Below, piece after piece: positions 45,515 to 54,630 of a stretch of 64,000 nucleotides of DNA (within the stretch, counting starts at the first letter, position 1; each line of letters starts with the position of its first letter). The notes under the pieces are model-generated. The model did not search any database. It saw only the letters and a program-made list of their open reading frames with translations, and was not told the origin of the DNA. Position numbers and translations under genes: made by a program. The stretch lies in IMG/VR virus record IMGVR_UViG_3300044695_008209, positions 64,001 through 128,000 of that record; one strand, 5' to 3'. This DNA is from a virus.

Positions 45515-47622
45515 GCTCCGACCCCACCCGCTTCTCTGGTCGCTCGACTACGGCCTCCTGGACGAGCCGCGGCTACGGCGTGCGGTACCCGTCGCCCTTC
45601 TTCGACGTCGCGCAGCAGTTCCTCCCGGAGAACGTGCACCAGCTGCACCTCTGGTGCCGCTTCTACTTCCTGACGAACCCCGTCATCAACGTCGCCTGTC
45701 AGAAGATGGCGGAGTACCCCGTCACGCCGCTCGTGTGGGAGACCGACGACAGCGAGCTCAAGTCCCTCTACACCAGCCTTGAGGCCCACCTTCGCCTGCG
45801 CCAGTTCCAGGTCGAGATCGGCCTGGACTACAACGTCTACGGAAACGGCTTCGCCAGCGTCTTCTTCCAGTTGGAGAAGTACCTGGTCTGCAAGAACTGC
45901 AAGGAGCGGTACCGCGCCTCGAAGAACCGCAGCCGCTACAAGTGGAAGAACGGGCGCTTCTTCCTCACCTGCGGGAAGTGCCACACGGAGGAGTACGCGG
46001 ACCAGGCCGACACCTACCCGCGGAACGTGCGCGGGGCCCGACTGGTCCGGTGGAACCCCGAGAACGTCGAGATCAAGCACAACGAGGTCACCGGCAACAG
46101 CCGCTACTACTACCGGCTCCCGCGGAGCGTCACGAACGACGTAAGGCTCGGGGACCCTGAGACCATCGAGACCCTCCCCTACCAGTTCCTCGAGGCGGCC
46201 CGCACTGGCAAGGCGCTCCTCTTCCACCCGGACAACTTCTTCCACCTGAAGCGCCCCACCATCGCCCAGAAGGACCAGGGCTGGGGATCGCCGCTGATCT
46301 TCCCGCTCCTCAAGGACGCCTTCTACCTGCAGGTCATGAAGAAGGCGCAGGAGAGCCTCCTTCTTGAGCACGTCGTCCCTCTGCGCATCGTCTTCCCGGG
46401 CCCCACCACAGGGGGGAACGACGGTCCCTTCGGTGCGTACAACCTGACGAACTGGAAGCAGAAGATCGACATCGAGCTGGCCATGTGGAAGCGGGACCAT
46501 AACTACATCCCGATCCTGCCCATGAACATCGGGTTCCAGCAGATCGGCGGGCAGGCCAAGGCGCTCATCCTGCACCAGGAGTTCCGCATCCACGCCGAGC
46601 AGATGCTCGCCGGTGCGGGCATCCCGGTGGAGTTCGTCTACGGCGGCCTCCAGTGGAGCTCCTCGAACACCTCGCTGCGCGCCTTGGAGAACACCTTCCT
46701 CGGCTACAACATCGAGCGCTTCAACCTCACGCGCTTCGTCGTCGACAAGGTCGCTGCCCACATGGGGTGGCCGACGATCCCGTTCCGCTTTGAGAAGTTC
46801 CGCATGGCGGACGACCTCCAGCGCGCGATGTTCTACTTCCAGCTCAACCAGGCGCAGAAGGTCTCGGACCAGCGCCTGTTGGAAGAAGTCGGCGAGGACT
46901 GGGACACCGAGAGCGAGCGCATCGCCGGCGAGCGCGTGAAGCAGATCGACGCGCAGAGGAAGTCGCAGCTGGCGACTGCCGAGATCCAGGGCGCAGCGCT
47001 GCTCCGCACTTCGCGCTACCAGGCCAAGGCCAACGAGCTGACGATGCTCGCGCAGAACAACGCCCAGATGCAGATCCAGCAGGCCCAGGCAGACGCCGGG
47101 ATGCTGGCGCCACCTGGAGCCGACCCGAACGCACAGGCAGCCGGCGGCCCGGCCGCGCCTCCGGCGGGAGCAGCGCCAGGAGCTCCGGGCAGCCCCGGGG
47201 CCGGTGCGCCGCCCGAGGACCCGGCTGCAGCCGGGCCGCCGGCACCCGTAGACCCCAACGCTGCACCCCCTGCCGGGGGACCCGCCATGTACGCCGAGAA
47301 CGCAGGAGCGCCGAACACCTCGGCAGCGCCCGTCGCCATGGCTGGGATGGAGTCGCCCCTGCAGATGGGCCAGGGCGGGATGGACCTCCGGTACGTCGCA
47401 CAGCGCGCGGCGGCCTACCTTCGCACGGTGGAGGCGCAGAACGGCAAGCAGGCGATGTTCCAGGAGCTGCAGAAGCTCCAGATGGAGAACCCGCCCATGT
47501 ACCAGCTCGTGGTGCAGCTCCTGAACGACACCGGATCTGCGGCAGATCCGATGAACGCGGCCAAGTCCCCGACCACGCCTCGCTCGGCAGCACAGCGGGA
47601 CCCCAGCCGGACTGTGGGCTAA
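45511..47622 (+). CDS. Portal protein with Zn-finger insertion and Pro/Ala-rich tail
   Basis: YFLTNPVINVACQKMAEY; IGLDYNVYGNGF; LVRWNPENVEI; FHLKRP...GWGSPLI...LQVMKKAQE resemble portal motifs. Confidence 0.8.
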   Translation: MSSDPTRFSGRSTTASWTSRGYGVRYPSPFFDVAQQFLPENVHQLHLWCRFYFLTNPVINVACQKMAEYPVTPLVWETDDSELKSLYTSLEAHLRLRQFQVEIGLDYNVYGNGFASVFFQLEKYLVCKNCKERYRASKNRSRYKWKNGRFFLTCGKCHTEEYADQADTYPRNVRGARLVRWNPENVEIKHNEVTGNSRYYYRLPRSVTNDVRLGDPETIETLPYQFLEAARTGKALLFHPDNFFHLKRPTIAQKDQGWGSPLIFPLLKDAFYLQVMKKAQESLLLEHVVPLRIVFPGPTTGGNDGPFGAYNLTNWKQKIDIELAMWKRDHNYIPILPMNIGFQQIGGQAKALILHQEFRIHAEQMLAGAGIPVEFVYGGLQWSSSNTSLRALENTFLGYNIERFNLTRFVVDKVAAHMGWPTIPFRFEKFRMADDLQRAMFYFQLNQAQKVSDQRLLEEVGEDWDTESERIAGERVKQIDAQRKSQLATAEIQGAALLRTSRYQAKANELTMLAQNNAQMQIQQAQADAGMLAPPGADPNAQAAGGPAAPPAGAAPGAPGSPGAGAPPEDPAAAGPPAPVDPNAAPPAGGPAMYAENAGAPNTSAAPVAMAGMESPLQMGQGGMDLRYVAQRAAAYLRTVEAQNGKQAMFQELQKLQMENPPMYQLVVQLLNDTGSAADPMNAAKSPTTPRSAAQRDPSRTVG

Positions 47623-47632
47623 AGGGCGGCCC

Positions 47633-48022
47633 CTACCGGGGGACCGCCAACATCAGGACGGAGCTCGCCTCGCCACACGCGTCGCACTCCCCGTCTTTCC
47701 AGTACGGCTGCACTGCGAACCCCCCGGTGCAGGTCGAGCACACCCACACGTAGTCCGGCGCCCTGTCCCCCAGTTCCTCCGACAGGAGCGGACATTCCCC
47801 GCAGTTGACGTCCCCGCACATCCCCCCGCGGTTGTACCTGCCGGCCGGCAGTCGAGCGCGCGCACTTCTGGTGCTGCGCTCGAGCAGGGGGCAGAACGCG
47901 AGGAGCCCTCCCTCCCCCGGGATCGTCGGGTCTACTCGAAGGGCCGTCCGTCCGGCGGGTTCATCCAGCTGCGTGCGATCTCGAAGCCGCCGGAGCGGGG
48001 AGTCTCGTCGCCGCTCAGGCAC
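47633..48022 (-). CDS. Cys-rich protein (8 Cys, possible double Zn finger)
   Basis: FCPLL, MCGDVNCGEC, CSTC, CDAC. Confidence 0.7.
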   Translation of the reverse strand: MPERRRDSPLRRLRDRTQLDEPAGRTALRVDPTIPGEGGLLAFCPLLERSTRSARARLPAGRYNRGGMCGDVNCGECPLLSEELGDRAPDYVWVCSTCTGGFAVQPYWKDGECDACGEASSVLMLAVPR

Positions 48023-48024
48023 GG

Positions 48025-48273
48025 CTACCCTGCCTCTGGGCCTTCATCGAGTTTCCGAAGTCTACGATGAAGGCCATCGCGCCTCCCACGAACGCGAAGA
48101 CCATCATCCATGCCAGTGGACTCATCAACATCTCCCAGATGCGCCTCGGCGCTCGGTCCTGATACGGCGTTCTCGACGAGCTGCGCAAAAGCGCGTAGCT
48201 CGGTCCCCTGCGGTGCGGTGCTGCGCCTCTGACGGGGCACCTTCGGACGTCCCGTGGTAGATATGTCGGACAC
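48025..48273 (-). CDS. Hypothetical protein (82 aa); an overlapping 38-aa transmembrane ORF at 48015..48131 is an alternative
   Basis: GGAGG RBS before GTG 48273; stop 2 nt before the next start. Confidence 0.45.
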   Translation of the reverse strand: MSDISTTGRPKVPRQRRSTAPQGTELRAFAQLVENAVSGPSAEAHLGDVDESTGMDDGLRVRGRRDGLHRRLRKLDEGPEAG

Positions 48274-48289
48274 GGTCACCTCCACTTCT

Positions 48290-48295
48290 CTTATG
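48290..48295 (-). promoter_or_regulatory. Candidate phage promoter element CATAAG
   Basis: GGCATAAG 16 nt before GTG 48273, back-to-back with the RNAP gene. Confidence 0.5.
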
Positions 48296-48318
48296 CCGGA
48301 TAGCGGAGAACTTCTACG

Positions 48319-51300
48319 ATGCCGAACCTGAACCCGGAAGCCGCCTTCGAGAGCCTCAAGGGACAGGTGGCGGCGACGATCCGGGCACAGTTCCCTTTCG
48401 AGGGTGCCACGCGCCGGCTCGAGATCCTGGACGTCCTCTTCGACGAGAAGTCCAACACTGCCGCGGATGCGCACCACATCGACAACCTGGAGGAGCAGCT
48501 CAAGGCACGCACGACGGGCATGACGTGGGGCGTGAAGGTCCGCGGCCACCTGCGCCTCGTGGACAAGGCCTCCGGGCACACCGTCGAAGAGGCGACCGTC
48601 ACCCTGACCAACCTCCCCAAGATCACGCGCCGCTACTCCTACATCATCGACGGGCAGGAGAGGCAGCACGACAGCGTCTTCCGCTCGAAGTCGCGGGCCT
48701 ACCACCGCATCGCGTCGAACGGCGACATCCAGGCACGCTGGAACCTGGCACGCGGCCACGGGTTCGACCTCACGTACGACCCGGTGAAGGGCCGGATGGT
48801 CATGACGATCGGGGACTCGAACATCCCGCTCTACTCCGTGCTCCGCGTCCTCAACGTGGGGGACGCCGCGATGGAGCGGCAGTGGGGGCCCGAGGTGTTC
48901 CGCGACAACGTCAAGGCGGCGAAGCCGGGAGACGTGGACAAGATCTACACGGCGCTGCACCTGCGCATGGCTGACCGGTCTCCCGGCTCTCCGGCGCAGC
49001 GCGCAGAGAAGATCCGCGAGTACTTCGAGCAGGAGACGGAGGTGCTGCCGGACGCGATGAAGGCCGCCTTCGGCAAGGAGTACACCACCGTCAACGGAGA
49101 GAACCTCCTCCTCTCGTCCGGGCGACTCCTCGCCATCCAGAAGGGCCGCCTGAAGGAAGACCCTCCCGCGCACGAGCTCCCGGACGACCGGCAGGCCCTG
49201 TCCGCGAAGTACCTCGCGACGACGGAGGACTTCGTGATCGAGGCTCTTCGCCACCACGAGGCGAGCCTGCGGAAGCAGGTTCACGACCGCATCGACAAGC
49301 CCGAGTACAGCATCACCGACATCATGTCGCCGAACTCCTACGGGCGCGTCGTGCTCTCTCCCTTCCAGCACGCCCAGCGCCCGGAGCAGACCAACCCGCT
49401 GCAGTTCCTCTCCGGGTACATGCGCACGACCATCCGTGGCAAGGAGTTCGGCGGCGTCGGCGGCGAGAAGATCAACCTGGACGTCGAGAAGGAGCTGAAC
49501 CCCACCCACCTCGGGTTCATCGACCCCATCCAGACCCCCGAGGGGGAGGACACGGGCATCGCGCTCAACCTGCCGCTCGGGATCTCCCTGACGCGCGGGA
49601 CTGCCCGCCCCGGCACGAAGAGCCGCGCATCTCCGGGGCAGGAGATCCGCACGAAGGTCTACGACACCAAGGCCGGGCAGCTCGTGCTGGCGACGCCGGC
49701 GGAGCTCGAGCACGAGATCGTCGCGTACCCGGACCAGGTGCGCTGGACAGCCGGCCGTCCTACTCCAATCGCGAACGAGGTCATCTGCTACGACGAGCAG
49801 CGGAAGACCTCGAAGCGCCCGTGGTCCAAGGTGCGGTACGTGCTCCCCTCCGCGAAGGCGCTCCTCTCCTTCAGCGCGAACCTCATCCCCTTCCTGCAGA
49901 ACAACAACGGCAACCGGGCGATGATGGCGGCCAAGCAGCAGGAGCAGGCACTCGCGCTGGTACACCGCGAGGCCCCGCTCGTGCAGGTCAAGACGGACGG
50001 CACCAGCACCTTCGAGCACGTCGTCGGGTCCTTCGTCACGCACACGGCCCCTGAGGCAGGGGTGGTGAAGCACGTTGAGCCGGGAGCCATCCACCTCCAG
50101 ACACAGTCGGGGCTGGTGAAGATCCCCACCTACAACCACTTCCCCTTGAACGGAGGGAAGAACTCGCTGCACTCCATCCCGGTGGTGAAGGCGGGGCAGT
50201 CGGTGGAGAAGGGGGCCCTCCTCGCGGACTCGAACTACACGAAGGACGGGGCCCTCGCTCTCGGGGCGAACCTCCGCGTGGCGTACGTGCCTTGGAAGGG
50301 CCTGACCTTCGAGGACGGCATCGTCGTGTCCGAGAGCGCCGCGAAGCGCATGTCGTCCGACCACATGCACGCGCTCGAGATCACGGTCTACGCGGGCATG
50401 GTCGGAGCGGAGCCCGGCGCGATGGCGAGGTGGCGCGACTATGCGACGCCGGCGCGCGGCACGTCCGAGCACGTCAGCAAGCTGGACGACCGCGGGATCA
50501 TCCGCGAGGGGACAGTCGTCCACACGGGCGACGTCCTCGTCGCCGTTCTCAGCCCGAAGCAGCCGAATGAGTCTGACTTGGCCGCGGGGCGCATCCACAA
50601 GACGCTGGCGAAGTCGTACCGGGACGCCTCCCTCGTCTGGGACCACGACTACTCTGGCAAGGTCGTGCGCGTGCTCGTCTCGGAGGCGATGAACCGGAAG
50701 CACGTCACGGTCCACATCGCGACGGAACAGCCGCTGGTGGTCGGAGACAAGCTGGCTGGTCGACACGGCAACAAGGGCATCATCAGCCGCATCGTGCCGG
50801 ACCACGAGATGCCCCACACGGCTGACGGCGCTCCGGCAGACCTGCTGCTCAACCCCGCCGGGGTACCGAGCCGCATGAACATCGGTCAGGTCCTGGAGAC
50901 CGCGGCCTCGAAGATCGCCCAGAAGACGGGCAAGCCCTACGTCGTGGAGAACTTCGTCTCGGGGGTCGACTACTCCGCGAAGGTCATGCAGGAGATGCAG
51001 AAACACGGGCTGACGGACACGGAGGAGATGTTCGACCCCGTGACCAAGCGGTCCATCGGCAAGATCATGGTCGGCCCGCAGTACATGCTCAAGCTCCACC
51101 ACCAGGTGGAGAAGAAGGCGACCGCGCGCTCGATGGAGACCGGGTACACCCACACTGGTGAGGCCCCGAAGGGGTCCGGCATCCCTGGCGGTGGCCAGAA
51201 GATGGACATGCTCACGACGTACGCGATGCTCGCGCACGGGGCCAACCACAACCTCCGCGAGGCGTACACCTTCAAGAGCGACGGGGACCAGAACGCCGCC

Positions 51301-54300
51301 TGGGCCGCCGTGATCACGGGCAACCCGTTGCCGCCGCCGCAGCCCACGCGTGGGATGTCGCACTTCCAGAACTACCTGCGCGCCCTCGGCGTGAACGTGG
51401 AGAAGCGGAAGGACGACTACCACCTCTCCCCGCTGACGGACCTGCACCTGCTCGGCGACGAGAAGCGTGGGTTCCGCGGCATCTCGAACGGAGAGATCAA
51501 GCTGCCCGAGAAGCTCTCCGTGGCGCGTGGAGCGCGCACGGTCGAAGAGCACGGCGGCCTGTTCGACCCGAAGGTCACTGGCGGCATCCAGGGCAAGTTC
51601 TGGAGCCACGTCACCCTGGCGGAGCGGATGCCGAGCCCGCTCTTCGAGCCTGCCATCCAGACCCTGACGGGCCTGACCAAGAACCAGTTCAACAGTATGG
51701 TGGGTGAGAAGGGCTACGTCGACGGGAAGTCCGGGTTCCACACCATCGTCGAGCGGCTGGCCGCCCTCGACGTCGACACCGAGCTGAAGAAGGCCCAAGC
51801 TGAGGTCGGGAAGTCGAGCCGCGCCACGCTGAGCCGCTCGATGAAGAAGGTCCGCTACCTCGAGGCCCTCAAGGCGAGCGGGCTCACCCCCCTTGAGGCG
51901 TACACGAACAAGTACCTGCCCGTCCTGCCGCCGTCGGTGCGACGCGTGTCGATCGGACTCGATGGAACACAGGTTCTCGACGATCGGAACCCGCTGTACC
52001 TGGCGGTCGGCCACGCGAACGGGATCCTCAAGGCGGCGAAGCCCTCCACCCCCCACGAGGACATGCAGAAGGCGCGCGCGTCCCTCTACAGCAGCATCCG
52101 CTCCCTGAAGATGACCGGCATGACGACCAGCCCCGGCTCCGGCAAGCCGCGGCACATGCAGGGCCTGATGGAGCTCCTATCCGGCAAGACCGAGGACCAC
52201 GGCGCCCCCAAGGAGAGCTTCTTCCAGGAGGGCGTGCTCGCGCGTCGCCAGGACCTGTCCGGGCGCTCGACGATCGTGCCGGAGCCGGCCCTCGGTCTCG
52301 ACCAAGTCGGGGTGCCCCGCCAGATCGCCATGGAGATGTACAAGCCCTTCGTCGTGCGTGAGCTCGTGCGAGCGGGCAAGACTCCCATCGACGCGCTGAA
52401 GTGGGCGACCGAGAAGAAGGACCACCCGCAGGTGATGGACGCGCTCGAGCGCGCGGTGTCCGAGCGGCCTGTGTTCCTGAAGCGGGACCCGTCCCTGCAC
52501 AAGTTCAGCATCATGGCCTTCCACCCGAAGATCGTGGACGGCAGCGCCATCAAGATCCACCCGCTGGTCACCGGAGGCTTCAACGCCGACTTCGACGGGG
52601 ACACGATGGCCCTCTACGTCCCGGTGTCTGCCGAGGCGGTGGAGGAGGCGCACAAGATGCTCCCCTCGAAGAACCTGTTCTCGCCCACCCACTTCGGCCT
52701 GCTTCCCGTCCCCGGGCAGGACTCGCTCCTGGGCATCTACCAGGCCACGAAATGGGGCACCGAGGTTCCCGTTCCCGCGGGCACCACTGCCGAGCGCGCG
52801 ATGCAGATGATGCACGACGGGAAGCTCAAGCCGACCGACGTGATCACCATCGACGGGAAGAAGACGACCGCGGGGCGCCTGTCTCTCGCCAGGTTGCTTC
52901 CGACTGAGATGCAGGGGAACGAGAAGCTCCTGCACGACTCGGCCTTTCGCCTCAACAAGGATGGCGTCGAGAAGATGCTCTCCACGGTGGCGCGGGAGCA
53001 CGACAAGGGGTTCTCCGGGACGGTCGACGGGTGGAAGGACCTCGGGAACCACCTGTCCTACCTGAACGGCAGCTCCTTCTCCATCAACGACTTCCACGAC
53101 GGGGTCGCAATGCGCGACCGCGTCCTGAAGCCCTACGCCGAGCAGGAGAAGAAGCTCCACGCCACCCCCATGTCCCCGCGAAAGCGGGATCAGGAGATCG
53201 TCAAGCTCTACCAGGGGGCGCAGGCAGAGCTGAAGTCCGTCGGCAAGGTCAGGTACGACGCAGGCAGCAACCGCGTCTGGGAGTGGGCGCAGTCCGGGGC
53301 CCGCGGCAACTGGAACCAGTTTGCGCAGCTGACCCTGGCGCCCGTCCTCGTCGAGGACTTCGCCCGACGTACCGTCCCTGTGCCCATCACCAAGTCCTTC
53401 GGGGAGGGGCTCTCCGTCTCGGAGTACTGGGCGTCGATGCACGGAGCTCGTAAGGGCACGCTTGACCGTGCGCAGGGGACCCGTGAGCCCGGCGCCGTCC
53501 AGAAGGACATCGTCAACACGACCATGGGGATCCAGGTCACGGCGGAGGACTGCGGCTCGACCGAGGGCAAGCAGATGTCCCTGGGCCACAACGACATCGT
53601 CGGGCGCTTCCTCGCGCACTCCGTGAAGATCGGGACGGTCGACGTCCACGCGGGCGAGCTCATTACCCCCGCGCTCGTCTCGCAGGCGAGGAACGCGGGC
53701 GTCGTCGAGTTCGTCGTGCGCTCTCCCCTCTTCTGCAGGATGGGGAAGGGGGTCTGCGCGAAGTGCTACGGGCACAACGAGCGCGGAGGCCTGCACGCGA
53801 TCGGCACGAACCTCGGGGTCATCGCGGGGCAGGCGCTCAGCGAGCCCATCACGCAGCTCGCGATGAAGACCTTCCACACAGGCGGTGTTTCCAGCGCCGG
53901 CCAGTCCAGCGCCGTGGACTCCTTCAAGCGGGTGAAGCAGCTCTTCATGGTCCCCGACAAGCTGCCGGACAAGGCGGTGCTCGCCGTCATCGGGGGCAAG
54001 GTCGGGAAGATCTCCGCAGACGCACGCGGTGGGTTCACGGTCGACATCGAGGGCAAGCCGCACCGCGTCGTCACGGGGCACCTCCTCGAGAACGTCAAGA
54101 CGGGGGCTACCGTGCACCGCGGTGACCCGATCTCCACGGGCCCCATCGACCCGCACGAGCTCCTGGAGCACACCAAGAGCATCGGGCGGACGCGGAACTA
54201 CATCACGGACGAGGCCACTGCCGCGTACCAAGGCACGGTTCGGCAGCGGAACGTGGAGATGGTGGTCCGTGGGATGACGAACCTGACCGAGGTCCACAAC

Positions 54301-54630
54301 GCGCCTCCTGGAAGTCCCTGGCACCGCGGGGATATGGCACCGCTCTCTGCCGTCGACGAGCACAACGCCATCGCGACTGGCGAAGGCCACGAGACCATCT
54401 CGCATACCCCCACTCTTCGGGCGATGACGCTCGTGCCACTGTCCGGAACCGAGGACTGGATGGCACGGCTCAACTATCAGCGCCTCAAGGAGACGTATAC
54501 TGAGGGTGCTGCCCAGGGATGGAAGTCCAACATCCACGAGCACCCGATCCCCGGCCTTGCCCACGGGGCAGAGTTCGGGCTACATCCACCAAAGACCCGC
54601 GCACCACCGCCTTCTGGAGCACACCGATGA
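48319..54630 (+). CDS. rpoBC: Fused beta/beta' multi-subunit-type DNA-directed RNA polymerase (2103 aa)
   Basis: Beta: THLGFIDPIQTPEG, VAYVPWKGLTFEDGI, GDKLAGRHGNKG, NPAGVPSRMNIGQ, YMLKLHH. Beta': GRSTI, RDPSLHK, NADFDGD (52582-52602), SGARG, EPITQLAMKTFHTGG. One open frame. Confidence 0.97.
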   Translation: MPNLNPEAAFESLKGQVAATIRAQFPFEGATRRLEILDVLFDEKSNTAADAHHIDNLEEQLKARTTGMTWGVKVRGHLRLVDKASGHTVEEATVTLTNLPKITRRYSYIIDGQERQHDSVFRSKSRAYHRIASNGDIQARWNLARGHGFDLTYDPVKGRMVMTIGDSNIPLYSVLRVLNVGDAAMERQWGPEVFRDNVKAAKPGDVDKIYTALHLRMADRSPGSPAQRAEKIREYFEQETEVLPDAMKAAFGKEYTTVNGENLLLSSGRLLAIQKGRLKEDPPAHELPDDRQALSAKYLATTEDFVIEALRHHEASLRKQVHDRIDKPEYSITDIMSPNSYGRVVLSPFQHAQRPEQTNPLQFLSGYMRTTIRGKEFGGVGGEKINLDVEKELNPTHLGFIDPIQTPEGEDTGIALNLPLGISLTRGTARPGTKSRASPGQEIRTKVYDTKAGQLVLATPAELEHEIVAYPDQVRWTAGRPTPIANEVICYDEQRKTSKRPWSKVRYVLPSAKALLSFSANLIPFLQNNNGNRAMMAAKQQEQALALVHREAPLVQVKTDGTSTFEHVVGSFVTHTAPEAGVVKHVEPGAIHLQTQSGLVKIPTYNHFPLNGGKNSLHSIPVVKAGQSVEKGALLADSNYTKDGALALGANLRVAYVPWKGLTFEDGIVVSESAAKRMSSDHMHALEITVYAGMVGAEPGAMARWRDYATPARGTSEHVSKLDDRGIIREGTVVHTGDVLVAVLSPKQPNESDLAAGRIHKTLAKSYRDASLVWDHDYSGKVVRVLVSEAMNRKHVTVHIATEQPLVVGDKLAGRHGNKGIISRIVPDHEMPHTADGAPADLLLNPAGVPSRMNIGQVLETAASKIAQKTGKPYVVENFVSGVDYSAKVMQEMQKHGLTDTEEMFDPVTKRSIGKIMVGPQYMLKLHHQVEKKATARSMETGYTHTGEAPKGSGIPGGGQKMDMLTTYAMLAHGANHNLREAYTFKSDGDQNAAWAAVITGNPLPPPQPTRGMSHFQNYLRALGVNVEKRKDDYHLSPLTDLHLLGDEKRGFRGISNGEIKLPEKLSVARGARTVEEHGGLFDPKVTGGIQGKFWSHVTLAERMPSPLFEPAIQTLTGLTKNQFNSMVGEKGYVDGKSGFHTIVERLAALDVDTELKKAQAEVGKSSRATLSRSMKKVRYLEALKASGLTPLEAYTNKYLPVLPPSVRRVSIGLDGTQVLDDRNPLYLAVGHANGILKAAKPSTPHEDMQKARASLYSSIRSLKMTGMTTSPGSGKPRHMQGLMELLSGKTEDHGAPKESFFQEGVLARRQDLSGRSTIVPEPALGLDQVGVPRQIAMEMYKPFVVRELVRAGKTPIDALKWATEKKDHPQVMDALERAVSERPVFLKRDPSLHKFSIMAFHPKIVDGSAIKIHPLVTGGFNADFDGDTMALYVPVSAEAVEEAHKMLPSKNLFSPTHFGLLPVPGQDSLLGIYQATKWGTEVPVPAGTTAERAMQMMHDGKLKPTDVITIDGKKTTAGRLSLARLLPTEMQGNEKLLHDSAFRLNKDGVEKMLSTVAREHDKGFSGTVDGWKDLGNHLSYLNGSSFSINDFHDGVAMRDRVLKPYAEQEKKLHATPMSPRKRDQEIVKLYQGAQAELKSVGKVRYDAGSNRVWEWAQSGARGNWNQFAQLTLAPVLVEDFARRTVPVPITKSFGEGLSVSEYWASMHGARKGTLDRAQGTREPGAVQKDIVNTTMGIQVTAEDCGSTEGKQMSLGHNDIVGRFLAHSVKIGTVDVHAGELITPALVSQARNAGVVEFVVRSPLFCRMGKGVCAKCYGHNERGGLHAIGTNLGVIAGQALSEPITQLAMKTFHTGGVSSAGQSSAVDSFKRVKQLFMVPDKLPDKAVLAVIGGKVGKISADARGGFTVDIEGKPHRVVTGHLLENVKTGATVHRGDPISTGPIDPHELLEHTKSIGRTRNYITDEATAAYQGTVRQRNVEMVVRGMTNLTEVHNAPPGSPWHRGDMAPLSAVDEHNAIATGEGHETISHTPTLRAMTLVPLSGTEDWMARLNYQRLKETYTEGAAQGWKSNIHEHPIPGLAHGAEFGLHPPKTRAPPPSGAHR

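Noticed and set aside
48126-48310. Minus-strand frame containing IYHGTS, resembling an ADP-ribosyltransferase motif
   Set aside because: No start codon between the upstream stop and the motif; only ~60 codons and no downstream catalytic residues.
32485-54630. Inteins or introns in polA, dnaB, helicase or RNAP
   Set aside because: No C/S...HN-C/S/T splice motifs, LAGLIDADG or HNH motifs seen; frames are continuous.
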